Shown one piece after another: positions 9,244 through 18,712 of a DNA stretch of 64,000 bases. The notes below the pieces were generated by a model, which was given only the letters and a program-made list of their open reading frames with translations, did no database searches and was not told where the DNA came from. Source of the stretch: a virus (lineage: Duplodnaviria > Caudoviricetes); the IMG/VR virus record IMGVR_UViG_3300037067_007848, positions 32,001-96,000 of that record; one strand, 5' to 3'. Made by a program: the position numbers and the translations under genes. Each line of letters starts with the position of its first letter. Within the stretch, counting starts at the first letter, position 1.

Positions 9244-9759
9244 ATGAATAAAACTATAAATACAGTTCCACATTTAGAATCCCTTCCTTTAAAATGCCAG
9301 ACAAAAAATTATAGAGGTATTTTCAGACCAAGGTGTAATGCCAAGAGAGGTTGTCAATCGTGTTGGATGAAATATTATGCCAAAAACCCCAATGAAAAAA
9401 TTATTGATATTTTAAATTGGATAAAAAATGAAATGGACAAAATAAAAACAATGATTCGACCAGCCCAATGTCAGTCTGAATCTATAATCGAATTTGTAAG
9501 TTATGATGGTAAATATCCCAATTTATGTTCTGGTCAACTTGTTATGAGAGTAAATGGGGTAGATGTTAAATTCCCAAAATATTGTTTACATAGTGGTGGT
9601 AGTGTTTGGCTTTCTAATGGTTATTCTGAAGAACATGTAGAAAAGGGCGAGTGGACAATAGCCAAATGGCCAGAAGATTTTCCAAAAGAATTAAAAGGTG
9701 CGGCAAAAGATTTAGTTAATCAAAATATACCAAAGGGTTGTTGTGGAGGATGTGTATGA
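9244..9759 (+). CDS. Cys-rich hypothetical phage protein
   Basis: YDGKYPNLCSG...GCCGGCV C-terminal module; N-terminal C..C..CxxC. Confidence 0.7.
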   Translation: MNKTINTVPHLESLPLKCQTKNYRGIFRPRCNAKRGCQSCWMKYYAKNPNEKIIDILNWIKNEMDKIKTMIRPAQCQSESIIEFVSYDGKYPNLCSGQLVMRVNGVDVKFPKYCLHSGGSVWLSNGYSEEHVEKGEWTIAKWPEDFPKELKGAAKDLVNQNIPKGCCGGCV

Positions 9760-10232
9760 TGTATATTGCTTATTTAGCTGGACCGATTACGGGCTTATCG
9801 TTTGATGGGGCAGTTGATTGGCGTGAATTTTTTATAAATGCTCTGTCACCTGAAATTCAAGGTATGAGTCCATTACGTGGAAAAGATTATTTGCAAAATA
9901 GTGGTGAGATTGCCCCAGTCTATCCAAGTATTCCATTATCTTGTTCTCGTGGAATTATGACTAGGGATTTTAATGATTGTAAACGCTGTGATATATTAGT
10001 GGTCAATTTTCTAGGGGCAAAAAAAATTTCAATTGGGACGGTTATGGAATTGGCCTGGGCATATGCCTTTCGCATTCCAACAATTGTAATAATAGAAAAA
10101 GAGGGTAATCCACACGATCATCCAATGGTTCAAGAGGCAATTGGCTATCGAGTAACATCTATTGAAGAGGCGGTTGTTTTAACCAAATCAGTATTATTGC
10201 CAATTTCACATCACAAACCAATAAAGGAATAA
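9756..10232 (+). CDS. Nucleoside 2-deoxyribosyltransferase / nucleotide N-hydrolase family protein
   Basis: YLAGPI, RDFNDCKRCD, SIGTVMEL motifs of the NDT/Rcl/MilB family. Confidence 0.82.
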   Translation: MMYIAYLAGPITGLSFDGAVDWREFFINALSPEIQGMSPLRGKDYLQNSGEIAPVYPSIPLSCSRGIMTRDFNDCKRCDILVVNFLGAKKISIGTVMELAWAYAFRIPTIVIIEKEGNPHDHPMVQEAIGYRVTSIEEAVVLTKSVLLPISHHKPIKE

Positions 10233-10236
10233 TAAA

Positions 10237-11256
10237 ATATTAATTACATATTTCCGTTCTAGCAGTTATAATTCCCATTCCATGTGCGAATTTGGCTATT
10301 TTTGCGAGTACGTCTTGGGGTGGAGATCTATTGCAGGAATTAAGGCTGAAAAGGGGACTTGCACGCATAAAATACTTGAAATTTTATCCAAAATTAAATT
10401 TGCCCAACAAAATCAAGAAAATGGAACAATTATAGATGAACTATATGGCGAAATAGATATTAGACAATTTTCTATAAAAGATATATCGCAAAAAATTGCA
10501 GATTATTATTCTCAATCAAAATTTAATAAATGGAGCACGAAAGATAAAGAGGATTGTTACAAATGGGTCCAAAAACAAATTATATTTAATAATGGGATGT
10601 TTAATCCTTTAAATTTAAATATTATATCGCCAGAACAGAGTTTTGATTTTACAATAGATGCACCATGGGCAAATTACTGTTATTGTTTTGATAATAAAAA
10701 GATAGATGGAAAACTTGCTATTAAGGGCACTATTGATCTAATTACATCTCCATCACCCGGAATACTTGAAGTTATAGATTTTAAAACTGGCAGAAAATTA
10801 GATTGGGCCACGGGCGAGGAAAAAGACTATGAAAAACTGTTAAAAGACGCACAATTAATGTTATATTATTATGCAGCGTCTCGATTATACCCTGATGTTG
10901 ATGAAATTATTATGACTATCGACTTTATAAATGACGGCGGGCCCGTAACCCTAGGATATACTAAAGCTAATAATAGGGCAATTCTACAATTATTACAAAA
11001 TAAGTTTGAATTAATTAAATCTGTTCAACGCCCAAAATGTTCTAAATCATGGAAGTGTACTAAATTTTGCTACCACGGTATGAATACATTTAAAGGAACT
11101 GGATTACCTATTTTAACAAATAAAGAAGGTAAACCAATGACTAGGTGCGAACAATTAAATTATGAGTTTGAACGAAAAAATATGGAAAAAATTATGCTTT
11201 TATATACAAATCCAGAACATCAAATAGGTTATTATCATAATCCAGGTGGAATATAA
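10237..11256 (+). CDS. PD-(D/E)XK exonuclease (RecB/Cas4-like, Cys cluster)
   Basis: KGTCTH, EQ, GTIDLI, VIDFKTG, QLMLY, C-terminal CTKFC; probable ATA start at 10237 after an AAGGA SD (ORF track starts at 10282). Confidence 0.85.
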   Translation: MLITYFRSSSYNSHSMCEFGYFCEYVLGWRSIAGIKAEKGTCTHKILEILSKIKFAQQNQENGTIIDELYGEIDIRQFSIKDISQKIADYYSQSKFNKWSTKDKEDCYKWVQKQIIFNNGMFNPLNLNIISPEQSFDFTIDAPWANYCYCFDNKKIDGKLAIKGTIDLITSPSPGILEVIDFKTGRKLDWATGEEKDYEKLLKDAQLMLYYYAASRLYPDVDEIIMTIDFINDGGPVTLGYTKANNRAILQLLQNKFELIKSVQRPKCSKSWKCTKFCYHGMNTFKGTGLPILTNKEGKPMTRCEQLNYEFERKNMEKIMLLYTNPEHQIGYYHNPGGI

Positions 11257-11269
11257 AAAAGGACCAATA

Positions 11270-11653
11270 ATGAACGTAATTCAATCCAAAGATCAACTTT
11301 ATGACAAGAATCGGCGATTTGCCGCATTATTCGTTGAAATTGAAGACTGCCTTTATCAAGATTATGAAATTGTTCTACACAATTATATTGACAGTCCGCC
11401 ATTTAATTTAGAAAATATTAGTAATTTTAGGTCAGGAATATCGTTTGACATAAATAAAGGTGTAGACGAAATAAATGTCGAATTAACAAAATTGATTAAA
11501 AATTTATCTCAAGGCATTGCCGAAAGTATAAATAAATATGACGAATTATATACACATTATCGAGTTGGATTTGACTCGGAATTAGATGAAAATACATTTG
11601 ATGGACCAGCTTTTTTAGAAGTGTCGATTAAAATAGAAAGAAAAGTACAATAA
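11270..11653 (+). CDS. Hypothetical protein
   Basis: ORF with AGGA SD before the ATG at 11270. Confidence 0.65.
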   Translation: MNVIQSKDQLYDKNRRFAALFVEIEDCLYQDYEIVLHNYIDSPPFNLENISNFRSGISFDINKGVDEINVELTKLIKNLSQGIAESINKYDELYTHYRVGFDSELDENTFDGPAFLEVSIKIERKVQ

Positions 11654-12027
11654 TGTGTTTATATATAGATCATAGTGTGGAAATTAAATTTAATGAAGAG
11701 GGGTATATTTATGCTAATAAACTGGTGATATACCTAAATAATAGAATTTTTTCTCCCTTTTATCCTCATTTTTCGTGGAAATCTGGGTGGAACGTTGTAG
11801 AAGACCTAAATGATATGTCGGAAAATGGCGTATTAAACAAGGGTTTGCACGTATATTTGTGCGACGGGGCAAATGAGAAATTTTTCAGTATGTATAATTG
11901 TAAGGTGAAATGTTATAAAGAAGATTTAATTGACGTGGGGTATGATAGTGCTAGAAATGAATGTGCCGCTTTTAAGAAAGTTTGGTTGGACCAAGAGGAA
12001 TATGACAAAATAAAAAAGGCATATTAA
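11653..12027 (+). CDS. Hypothetical protein (MCL-start phage family-like)
   Basis: MCL start, SPFY..FSW, GLHVYL; TAATG coupling. Confidence 0.65.
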   Translation: MCLYIDHSVEIKFNEEGYIYANKLVIYLNNRIFSPFYPHFSWKSGWNVVEDLNDMSENGVLNKGLHVYLCDGANEKFFSMYNCKVKCYKEDLIDVGYDSARNECAAFKKVWLDQEEYDKIKKAY

Positions 12028-12091
12028 TATAAATATTGAATATTACAAATATTTAGCTAAATTAGTTTCGGAATATAATAAATAATATAAT

Positions 12092-14251
12092 ATGAATAAA
12101 TATATTGCACTTCATAATCACAGCCATTTTTCTACCCAGGATAGTATAAATCAGCCTAAACATATCATTTCTCGAATGAATTCCCTTGGTATGGATACAA
12201 TAGCTATTTCCGATCATGGCAACCTTGGAGGCGTCGTAACATTTTTAGATGCATTTAAAAAAGAAAATAAAAGGTTGATTGCTGGCTGCGAACTTTACCT
12301 AAGCGAATTTGCCGCAAATATTCGCAATGAAAACAACAGAAAAAATACCCATTTAGTGGTATTGGCCAATGGCGATCAAGGATGGGAAAATTTACTGAAA
12401 ATAGTTTCACAGTCCAATCACCCCGACAATTTTTATTATAAACCCCGCCTTTCTCTTGAGGAAATTGCCCCGTATAGTAAAAATATTATTGCAATTGCGG
12501 GACATTTAGGCTCGTGTTTGGCCCACGAAATAGTCGATAGAGATTGTGTGGTTTTGCCAAATGGGTTAGAAAACGGGATTGTTAAGGCCGAACAATTAAG
12601 GGGGATTTTTGGTGAAAATTTCTACCTTGAATGCCAACTTATTGATGAAAAGTGCCGCCAGTTAGTTGAGGTTATTCGAGAAATTGGGAAAAGGACTGGG
12701 ATACCCTGTGTGGCGACCCCTGACGCCCATTACAGCTTCCCCGAACAAATCCACGATCATCAGGTACTTGTGGCCACCAACCTCCGCAAATCAATCATGG
12801 AGTGTTCTAACCCAGACTTTGCTATGTCAACATTTTTTGCCCCAAACCATTATTATATTCCCTCTTATGACGAATTGTTAAAATGGGGTAATACCGAGGA
12901 AGAATTAGAAAATACGTTGGTAATTGCCGAAAAGTGCAAAAATTATACCACAATATTACGCCAACCAATTCCGCCTCCCTTTCAACTCCCGACAACTTAC
13001 GACAAAACACACGACGACTATTTGCGGGAAAAATGTTGGGCGGCTTTTGATAAAAAATTCGCACATTTAGAAAGTGAAAAATTAAAGATATACCGCGATA
13101 GACTGAGGGACGAATTGGACATTCTGGTTGATAGTAATTTATCCACCTATTTCTTATTAATTGCGGATGTTTTGGATTATGCCCGCGAAATACATTGTCT
13201 GACCTCCCCAGGGCGTGGGTCGGCGGCTGGTAGTTTAGCCTCTTATTTACTCCAAATTACCCAAATTGACCCAATTGAACATGGTTTAATATTTGAACGG
13301 TTTTATAATGCCGCCCGTTGTATGCCCCCCCATGTTGAGTTTGACGAATTCCCCTTTGAACAATTTGATAAAACACCCTATAATGGGGATATTACCGAGT
13401 TTATTCAGCCCGAATGTAAAAAAATAATAGAAAACGCCATATTTAAAGAGGAATTGAAGTTATTGGGCAATCGCCATGTGCGGGCCTATTATTATCACCT
13501 CTTGAAAAATGTCGAATTAGATCAGGCAAATCCCCAAAATAGTTATATTATGTGGGCCTGCGGAAAGGTCGATGAAATAGATATTAAAAATCCGCCCAAA
13601 ATAAATCCTGGTAATGTGTCCATGCCCGATATTGACGTGGATTTTGCGGCAAGTAAACGCGGTAAAATTGTCGAATATATTAAAAATAAATATGGGGAAA
13701 AACATGTCGCCCAATTAGTCACGTTCCAACGAATGAAGGGGCGAGCCGCAATAAAAAATGTTTTACGTGCTCATAATGTTGTGTCGGCCTCTGAAATGAA
13801 CGCGATTACAGAAGACTTCCCAATGGAGGGAAAAATTACCGATGAATTACAGGAAATGAAAGACGAAACTGGCGAATCGTCCATTATTCTTTGGACATTA
13901 CAAAATGATAAAAAGGGTAAATTGCGTAATTGGTGCTATATAGATGAAAATGGCGAGCTAAAAGGGTCATTGGCCAAATATTTTGAGCAGGCGATTAGGC
14001 TAGAGGGTTGTATTTCCGCCCAAAGTAAACATCCTGCGGGGATTGTTATCTCACCCCCCGATATACCCATTGACAAAGTTTGCCCAATGTCGTATGATAG
14101 TAAGGATAAACAGTTAATCGCGGGTTTTGAAATGCGGGATATTGAGAAAATCGGGCTAATTAAATATGACCTTTTATCCCTTTCTCTTCTTGATAAACTG
14201 GCTGGAATTTGTAATATATTAAAATATGGGACAATAATAGGTGAAGAATGA
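12092..14251 (+). CDS. dnaE: DNA polymerase III alpha, N-terminal piece (PHP + palm)
   Basis: LHNHSHFS, SDHG, YYKPR, DAHY, PGRGSAAGSL, FERF, MPDIDVDF, HPAGIV, KYDLL; ends before the fingers domain. Confidence 0.95.
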   Translation: MNKYIALHNHSHFSTQDSINQPKHIISRMNSLGMDTIAISDHGNLGGVVTFLDAFKKENKRLIAGCELYLSEFAANIRNENNRKNTHLVVLANGDQGWENLLKIVSQSNHPDNFYYKPRLSLEEIAPYSKNIIAIAGHLGSCLAHEIVDRDCVVLPNGLENGIVKAEQLRGIFGENFYLECQLIDEKCRQLVEVIREIGKRTGIPCVATPDAHYSFPEQIHDHQVLVATNLRKSIMECSNPDFAMSTFFAPNHYYIPSYDELLKWGNTEEELENTLVIAEKCKNYTTILRQPIPPPFQLPTTYDKTHDDYLREKCWAAFDKKFAHLESEKLKIYRDRLRDELDILVDSNLSTYFLLIADVLDYAREIHCLTSPGRGSAAGSLASYLLQITQIDPIEHGLIFERFYNAARCMPPHVEFDEFPFEQFDKTPYNGDITEFIQPECKKIIENAIFKEELKLLGNRHVRAYYYHLLKNVELDQANPQNSYIMWACGKVDEIDIKNPPKINPGNVSMPDIDVDFAASKRGKIVEYIKNKYGEKHVAQLVTFQRMKGRAAIKNVLRAHNVVSASEMNAITEDFPMEGKITDELQEMKDETGESSIILWTLQNDKKGKLRNWCYIDENGELKGSLAKYFEQAIRLEGCISAQSKHPAGIVISPPDIPIDKVCPMSYDSKDKQLIAGFEMRDIEKIGLIKYDLLSLSLLDKLAGICNILKYGTIIGEE

Positions 14252-15159
14252 ATGTATTAAGTTTATTTGATGGAATATCTTGCGGACAAATTGCTTTAGA
14301 ACGTGCAAAAATAAAAATTAATAAATATTATGCAAGTGAAATTGATAAAGATGCAATTGGCATTACCCAATTTCATTATCCGAATACAATACAACTTGGA
14401 GATATAAGAAATATAAATACAACAAATCTTCCAAAAATGAATTTAATGATTGGAGGTTCTCCATGCCAATCTTTTTCATTTTTAGGGTCTAAAGATGGAA
14501 TGAAAACAATTGATAATTTTGAAGTTACTACATTTGAACAATATTTAGAATATAAAAACAAAGGTTATATATTTAAAGGACAATCTTATTTATTTTGGGA
14601 ATATGTTAGAATATTAAAAGAAATAAAACCAAAATATTTTATATTGGAAAATGTTAACATGTCTTTAAAATGGAAAGAAATAATTACAAAAACATTAAAT
14701 GTTGTTCCAATATTAATTAATTCTAATTTAGTTTCAGCCCAAAATCGTAGAAGATTGTATTGGACAAATATACCAAATATAAATCAACCAAAAGATAAAA
14801 ATATCTATTTATCATCTATTTTAGAAAAAGATATAAAAATATTACAAAAATATAAACTACCAAAAACAAAATCAAGAATACAAATGTGGAACGGTACTTG
14901 TAAAAATATTACAAATGAATTGAAAAGTAGTTGCGTAACTACCAAACAAGATGGATGGCATAATCAAGGTTTATTAGAATTTGATGGATTTTGTAGATTT
15001 TGTACACCTATAGAACTAGAAAGACTACAAACTATTAATGATAATTATACATTAGTTAATAATATTAGTGATAAGAAAAGAGATTTTTTAGTAGGAAATG
15101 CTTGGACAATTGATGTAATTACACATATTTTATCTTTTATAGAGGATAAAGATGAATAA
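14248..15159 (+). CDS. DNA cytosine-5 methyltransferase
   Basis: LSLFDGISCG, GGSPCQ, LENV, AQNRRRLYW, GNAW. Confidence 0.93.
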   Translation: MNVLSLFDGISCGQIALERAKIKINKYYASEIDKDAIGITQFHYPNTIQLGDIRNINTTNLPKMNLMIGGSPCQSFSFLGSKDGMKTIDNFEVTTFEQYLEYKNKGYIFKGQSYLFWEYVRILKEIKPKYFILENVNMSLKWKEIITKTLNVVPILINSNLVSAQNRRRLYWTNIPNINQPKDKNIYLSSILEKDIKILQKYKLPKTKSRIQMWNGTCKNITNELKSSCVTTKQDGWHNQGLLEFDGFCRFCTPIELERLQTINDNYTLVNNISDKKRDFLVGNAWTIDVITHILSFIEDKDE

Positions 15160-15847
15160 TCAATATGTTTGTTGCCTCGACTTTGAGACTGATAGTTCAA
15201 ATCCCAACACTTGTAATCCCGTTCAACTTTCCTCACTAATTATTCACCCTCGCACATTAGAAGTTGTTGAGGGAAGTGAATTTAATTCATTTATTAAACC
15301 AGAAGAAATGGATAAAAATGATTATTTGGCCGTTCACAATGAAACAATAGAATGGCACGCGAAAATTAGAAAACAAACTGTGGGCGAAATTCTTGAAATG
15401 TGGAAAAATGCCCCATCCCAAAAGATAGTTTGGGCAAACTTCCTTAATTATCTTGAAAAATACCATAATAATAAAGGGAAAAGTAAAAGTATGTTTACCG
15501 CCCCAATTGTCATGGGTTATAATATTCTTAAATTTGATTGTGTAATTATTGAACGGTTATGCCAAAAATATAAAAATGTTGATGGACGTGGACAGCCCAA
15601 TATTTTTTACCCACGGGATAAGGTTGATTTAATCAATTATTCATGGGCATGGTTTGAAAATCTCAAAGAACCAGCCTCATATTCAATGGATGTTTTGCGG
15701 GAATTCCTTGGATATTCACAGGTCGGGGCACATGATTCAATGGAAGATGTTCGGTTTACCGCCAAATTATTTATTGCTTTTCAAAAACTGCATCGTAAAA
15801 TAGCAGAAAAAACTCAATTTGCAAAAGCTTTTATTCAAAAGGATTAA
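15152..15847 (+). CDS. DEDDh 3'-5' exonuclease (DnaQ/epsilon-like)
   Basis: ExoI LDFETD, ExoII GYNILKFD, ExoIII HDSMEDV; lies between the dnaE pieces. Confidence 0.88.
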   Translation: MNNQYVCCLDFETDSSNPNTCNPVQLSSLIIHPRTLEVVEGSEFNSFIKPEEMDKNDYLAVHNETIEWHAKIRKQTVGEILEMWKNAPSQKIVWANFLNYLEKYHNNKGKSKSMFTAPIVMGYNILKFDCVIIERLCQKYKNVDGRGQPNIFYPRDKVDLINYSWAWFENLKEPASYSMDVLREFLGYSQVGAHDSMEDVRFTAKLFIAFQKLHRKIAEKTQFAKAFIQKD

Positions 15848-15849
15848 TT

Positions 15850-16191
15850 ATGGATAATTTTACATATCGTGTTTTGGATTTATGTTATAAATATGATATT
15901 CAAGGCTCTTTATATTGGTCAACTTGCGATGGAAAAGTACAATTTTTCATTAATTGTAATGATTTATTTTTTTGGGCCTGTGCCGATTTAGAAGAAATTA
16001 CTCCCGAAAATATTCATATATTGAAACAATCTTTAGAGGATATGGCCCCACTAGACGATATATATGGCCCCGATTTATTTTGTTGTAGATCAAGAAAAAC
16101 GAGGCCGCAAAAGATGATATATAATGAATTTGATGATAATAAAGATATATGGAAACTATTTAAGGAATGTGGCCCAGAAAGGGAAAATTAA
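15850..16191 (+). CDS. Hypothetical phage protein
   Basis: NCNDLFFWACADLEEI..LFCCR..RPQ motif typical of small phage ORFs. Confidence 0.7.
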   Translation: MDNFTYRVLDLCYKYDIQGSLYWSTCDGKVQFFINCNDLFFWACADLEEITPENIHILKQSLEDMAPLDDIYGPDLFCCRSRKTRPQKMIYNEFDDNKDIWKLFKECGPEREN

Positions 16192-16449
16192 ATGAAATCA
16201 ACAGCCGAACTAATTAGATTGTTAAAAATAAAAGACGATTTAGAACATTTTAATTTTTATTATTCTAACAAAATGTTTGAGGGTCATCATCCATATTCAC
16301 TTGATTGCCGCATTTTTGGTAATCTTAGCCTTTTGTCTAAAAAAGAATCGTGTAAATTAGCAGATGAATTAAACGAGGCAATTAAACCCGTTGTTCAAAA
16401 ATATATTAATGAAATAGATAGAGAAATAACTAAAGAAATTCAAGGATAA
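16192..16449 (+). CDS. Hypothetical protein
   Basis: 85-aa ORF tightly packed in the operon. Confidence 0.6.
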   Translation: MKSTAELIRLLKIKDDLEHFNFYYSNKMFEGHHPYSLDCRIFGNLSLLSKKESCKLADELNEAIKPVVQKYINEIDREITKEIQG

Positions 16450-16450
16450 T

Positions 16451-17713
16451 ATGGAATATCATCAGTTTTCGTGTGGTTGTAAATTCCCAATTCAAGGTTA
16501 TTTTGAGGATGGAAAACCAAAAATAGATTTATCCCCAACAATAGAAAATATTCCCCTAGATTGTTCACGAACTTGGGAAATGCTTGGGAGAGGCGACACC
16601 TTTGGCGTTTTTCAACTAGAAAGTAATCAATGTGCGGGATTTTCTAAAAAGCTAAAACCATCTACCTTGGGACATCTTGCCGCCCTTGTAAGTATTATTC
16701 GCCCTGGTGTTATTGAATGTATTGAAGACGGTAAGAGTATGACCAACCATTATATTGACCGTAAAAATGGTGTTGAGCCAGTCAAATATTTCCACCCCGC
16801 CCTTGAAAATTCCCTCAAAAATACCTACGGCATTGCAATTTATCAGGAAAATGTTTTACAAATTTCGCGGGATATTGCGGGATTTAGTTTACAAGAGGCA
16901 GATTTATTACGTAAATGTGTTGATCCAAATTGTACAGTAGAATTAGAAAATGGCGAAATTACCAAAATTGGAGATGTGAATATTGGGCAAAAAATAAAAA
17001 CATTAGATGGCTATACTACAATATTAGATAAATTTAACAATGGTGAACAATTAGTATATAAATTTATATTTAATAATGGGCAATTTATCGTATGTACTGA
17101 TACACATAAATTATTATGTGAAGATGGCATTTGTTATTCGGCATACGATATTTTTACAAAACGAATTGGCGTTCAATCTATTAATGGAATAATATTTATA
17201 GAAAAAATTACCAAGGCCGAAATTATTGAAACAATTGATATATACGTGGATCATCCAAAGAATATTTACTATTTAAATGGAATTGCAAGTCATAACAGCA
17301 TTGGGAAAAAGTCTACGGAATTAATGGCCAAATGCCGAACAATGTTCATAGATGGATGTAAAAAACAAGGCATTGTAAATGAGGCAGAGGCAACACAATT
17401 ATTTGATTGGATCTCAGTCGGGCAAAGATACGCCTTCAACAAATGCGTTTCATTGGATACAATAGTAGAGACTAAATATGAAAATAAAACTATTGATAAT
17501 ATTGAAATAGGGGATGTAATAAAAACAAAAAATAATGAATATACAACCATTTTAGATAAAATAAACACTGGAATACAAGATATATATGAAGTAGAATTAG
17601 AAAATGGTAAAAAAATAAAATGTACATTAGCTCATAAATTTGTTTGTTCGGATAATAAATTATATACTTTACAGGAAATATTTGATAGTAATTACGAAAT
17701 AATATGTGAATGA
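16451..17713 (+). CDS. dnaE: DNA polymerase III alpha, middle piece (fingers), with a cis intein and a split-intein N-half
   Basis: GDTFGVFQLES, IRPG, TYGIAIYQE, ADLLRK/.../SIGKK, YAFNK/. Confidence 0.93.
   Translation: MEYHQFSCGCKFPIQGYFEDGKPKIDLSPTIENIPLDCSRTWEMLGRGDTFGVFQLESNQCAGFSKKLKPSTLGHLAALVSIIRPGVIECIEDGKSMTNHYIDRKNGVEPVKYFHPALENSLKNTYGIAIYQENVLQISRDIAGFSLQEADLLRKCVDPNCTVELENGEITKIGDVNIGQKIKTLDGYTTILDKFNNGEQLVYKFIFNNGQFIVCTDTHKLLCEDGICYSAYDIFTKRIGVQSINGIIFIEKITKAEIIETIDIYVDHPKNIYYLNGIASHNSIGKKSTELMAKCRTMFIDGCKKQGIVNEAEATQLFDWISVGQRYAFNKCVSLDTIVETKYENKTIDNIEIGDVIKTKNNEYTTILDKINTGIQDIYEVELENGKKIKCTLAHKFVCSDNKLYTLQEIFDSNYEIICE
16916..17296 (+). mobile_element. Cis mini-intein (127 aa) in DnaE at ADLLRK|SIGKK
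   Basis: Starts with Cys (CVDPN), block B CTDTH, ends HN followed by Ser; its removal restores the DnaE LRK-SIGKK motif. Confidence 0.9.
17444..17710 (+). mobile_element. Split intein N-half (89 aa) at YAFNK|
   Basis: CVSLDT start, block B CTLAH, then a stop with no C-terminal block. Confidence 0.9.
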
Positions 17714-18618
17714 TGGAAATAACAAAAGAACAAATAGAAAATGTTTATTATAATGAAAAACTCACTCTTAAACAAAGTGCAAGAAAATTAAAAATTGGTT
17801 ATAATAAATTTCGCCAATATATAAAAGAATATAGCATACAAGTTAAGCCTTCTCGCAAACAATATTTTGCAAATGATAATGCCTTTTCTAATTGGAATGA
17901 GAAAATGGCATATTGCCTTGGTTTTATTACAGGAGATGGACATATTTGGAAAAATAGACCATTTTTTACAATAGGAATACATGAAAATGATATCAAAATT
18001 TTAGAATATATTCGAGATTATGTATCCCCTGATTCGTTGGTAAGAAATGATCCAAAAAATAATAAAGTACAAATATGTGTACATTCAAAACAAATATGGG
18101 AAGATTTACAAAAATATAACGCAAATCACGATAAAACATTCAATCTAAAAATTGATTTTGATATTCCAGAAGAATTTTGGGGTGATTATTTAAGGGGATT
18201 TTTTGATGCTGATGGTTGTATTTACTATACACAACCTAAAAAATCACCTTATTACACTGCTTCGTTTTCATGTGCATCAAAACCAATGTTGGAATATATA
18301 AAAAATAGATTAGGTATTGGTAGACTTAGGTGTTTTAGAGAAAAATATTATGAATTAAGTTTTTCCCAATCAAATTGTCTAAAATTATATGATGTAATGT
18401 ATAAGAATGAAAATTGTTTTAAATTAGAAAGAAAATATGAAAAATTTCTTAAAATTCATACTGATTATAAATTTTGGACAAAAGAAGAAGACTCTATTAT
18501 ACTAGAACATATAAAAGATAGAAATACTAGACAGTTATTTACTTTATTAAATAGAGCACCTAAAGCCATTCAATCAAGAAAAAATAAATTAAGAAAAAAT
18601 GCAAAAATCAAGAATTAA
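17710..18618 (+). CDS. Free-standing LAGLIDADG homing endonuclease
   Basis: Two motifs, YCLGFITGDG and YLRGFFDADG; N-terminal HTH-like and C-terminal WTKEED (Myb-like) segments; lies between the split-intein halves. Confidence 0.9.
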   Translation: MMEITKEQIENVYYNEKLTLKQSARKLKIGYNKFRQYIKEYSIQVKPSRKQYFANDNAFSNWNEKMAYCLGFITGDGHIWKNRPFFTIGIHENDIKILEYIRDYVSPDSLVRNDPKNNKVQICVHSKQIWEDLQKYNANHDKTFNLKIDFDIPEEFWGDYLRGFFDADGCIYYTQPKKSPYYTASFSCASKPMLEYIKNRLGIGRLRCFREKYYELSFSQSNCLKLYDVMYKNENCFKLERKYEKFLKIHTDYKFWTKEEDSIILEHIKDRNTRQLFTLLNRAPKAIQSRKNKLRKNAKIKN

Positions 18619-18712
18619 AACAATAAAATATTTAGGTAAACAACCAACGATAGATATTGAAGTTGACCACCCCGAACATGTTTATTACGCCAATGGTATT
18701 CTAACCTCTAAT
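18599..18712 (+). mobile_element. Split intein C-half (38 aa)
   Basis: MQKSRIKTIKYLGKQPTIDIEVDHPEHVYYANGILTSN|S; joining restores YAFNK-SHAV. Confidence 0.9.

Noticed and set aside
13319-13615. Third intein in dnaE (the insert starts with Cys and ends with Asn)
   Set aside because: The +1 residue is Val, there is no TxxH block B or HINT beta pattern, and the insert looks helical.
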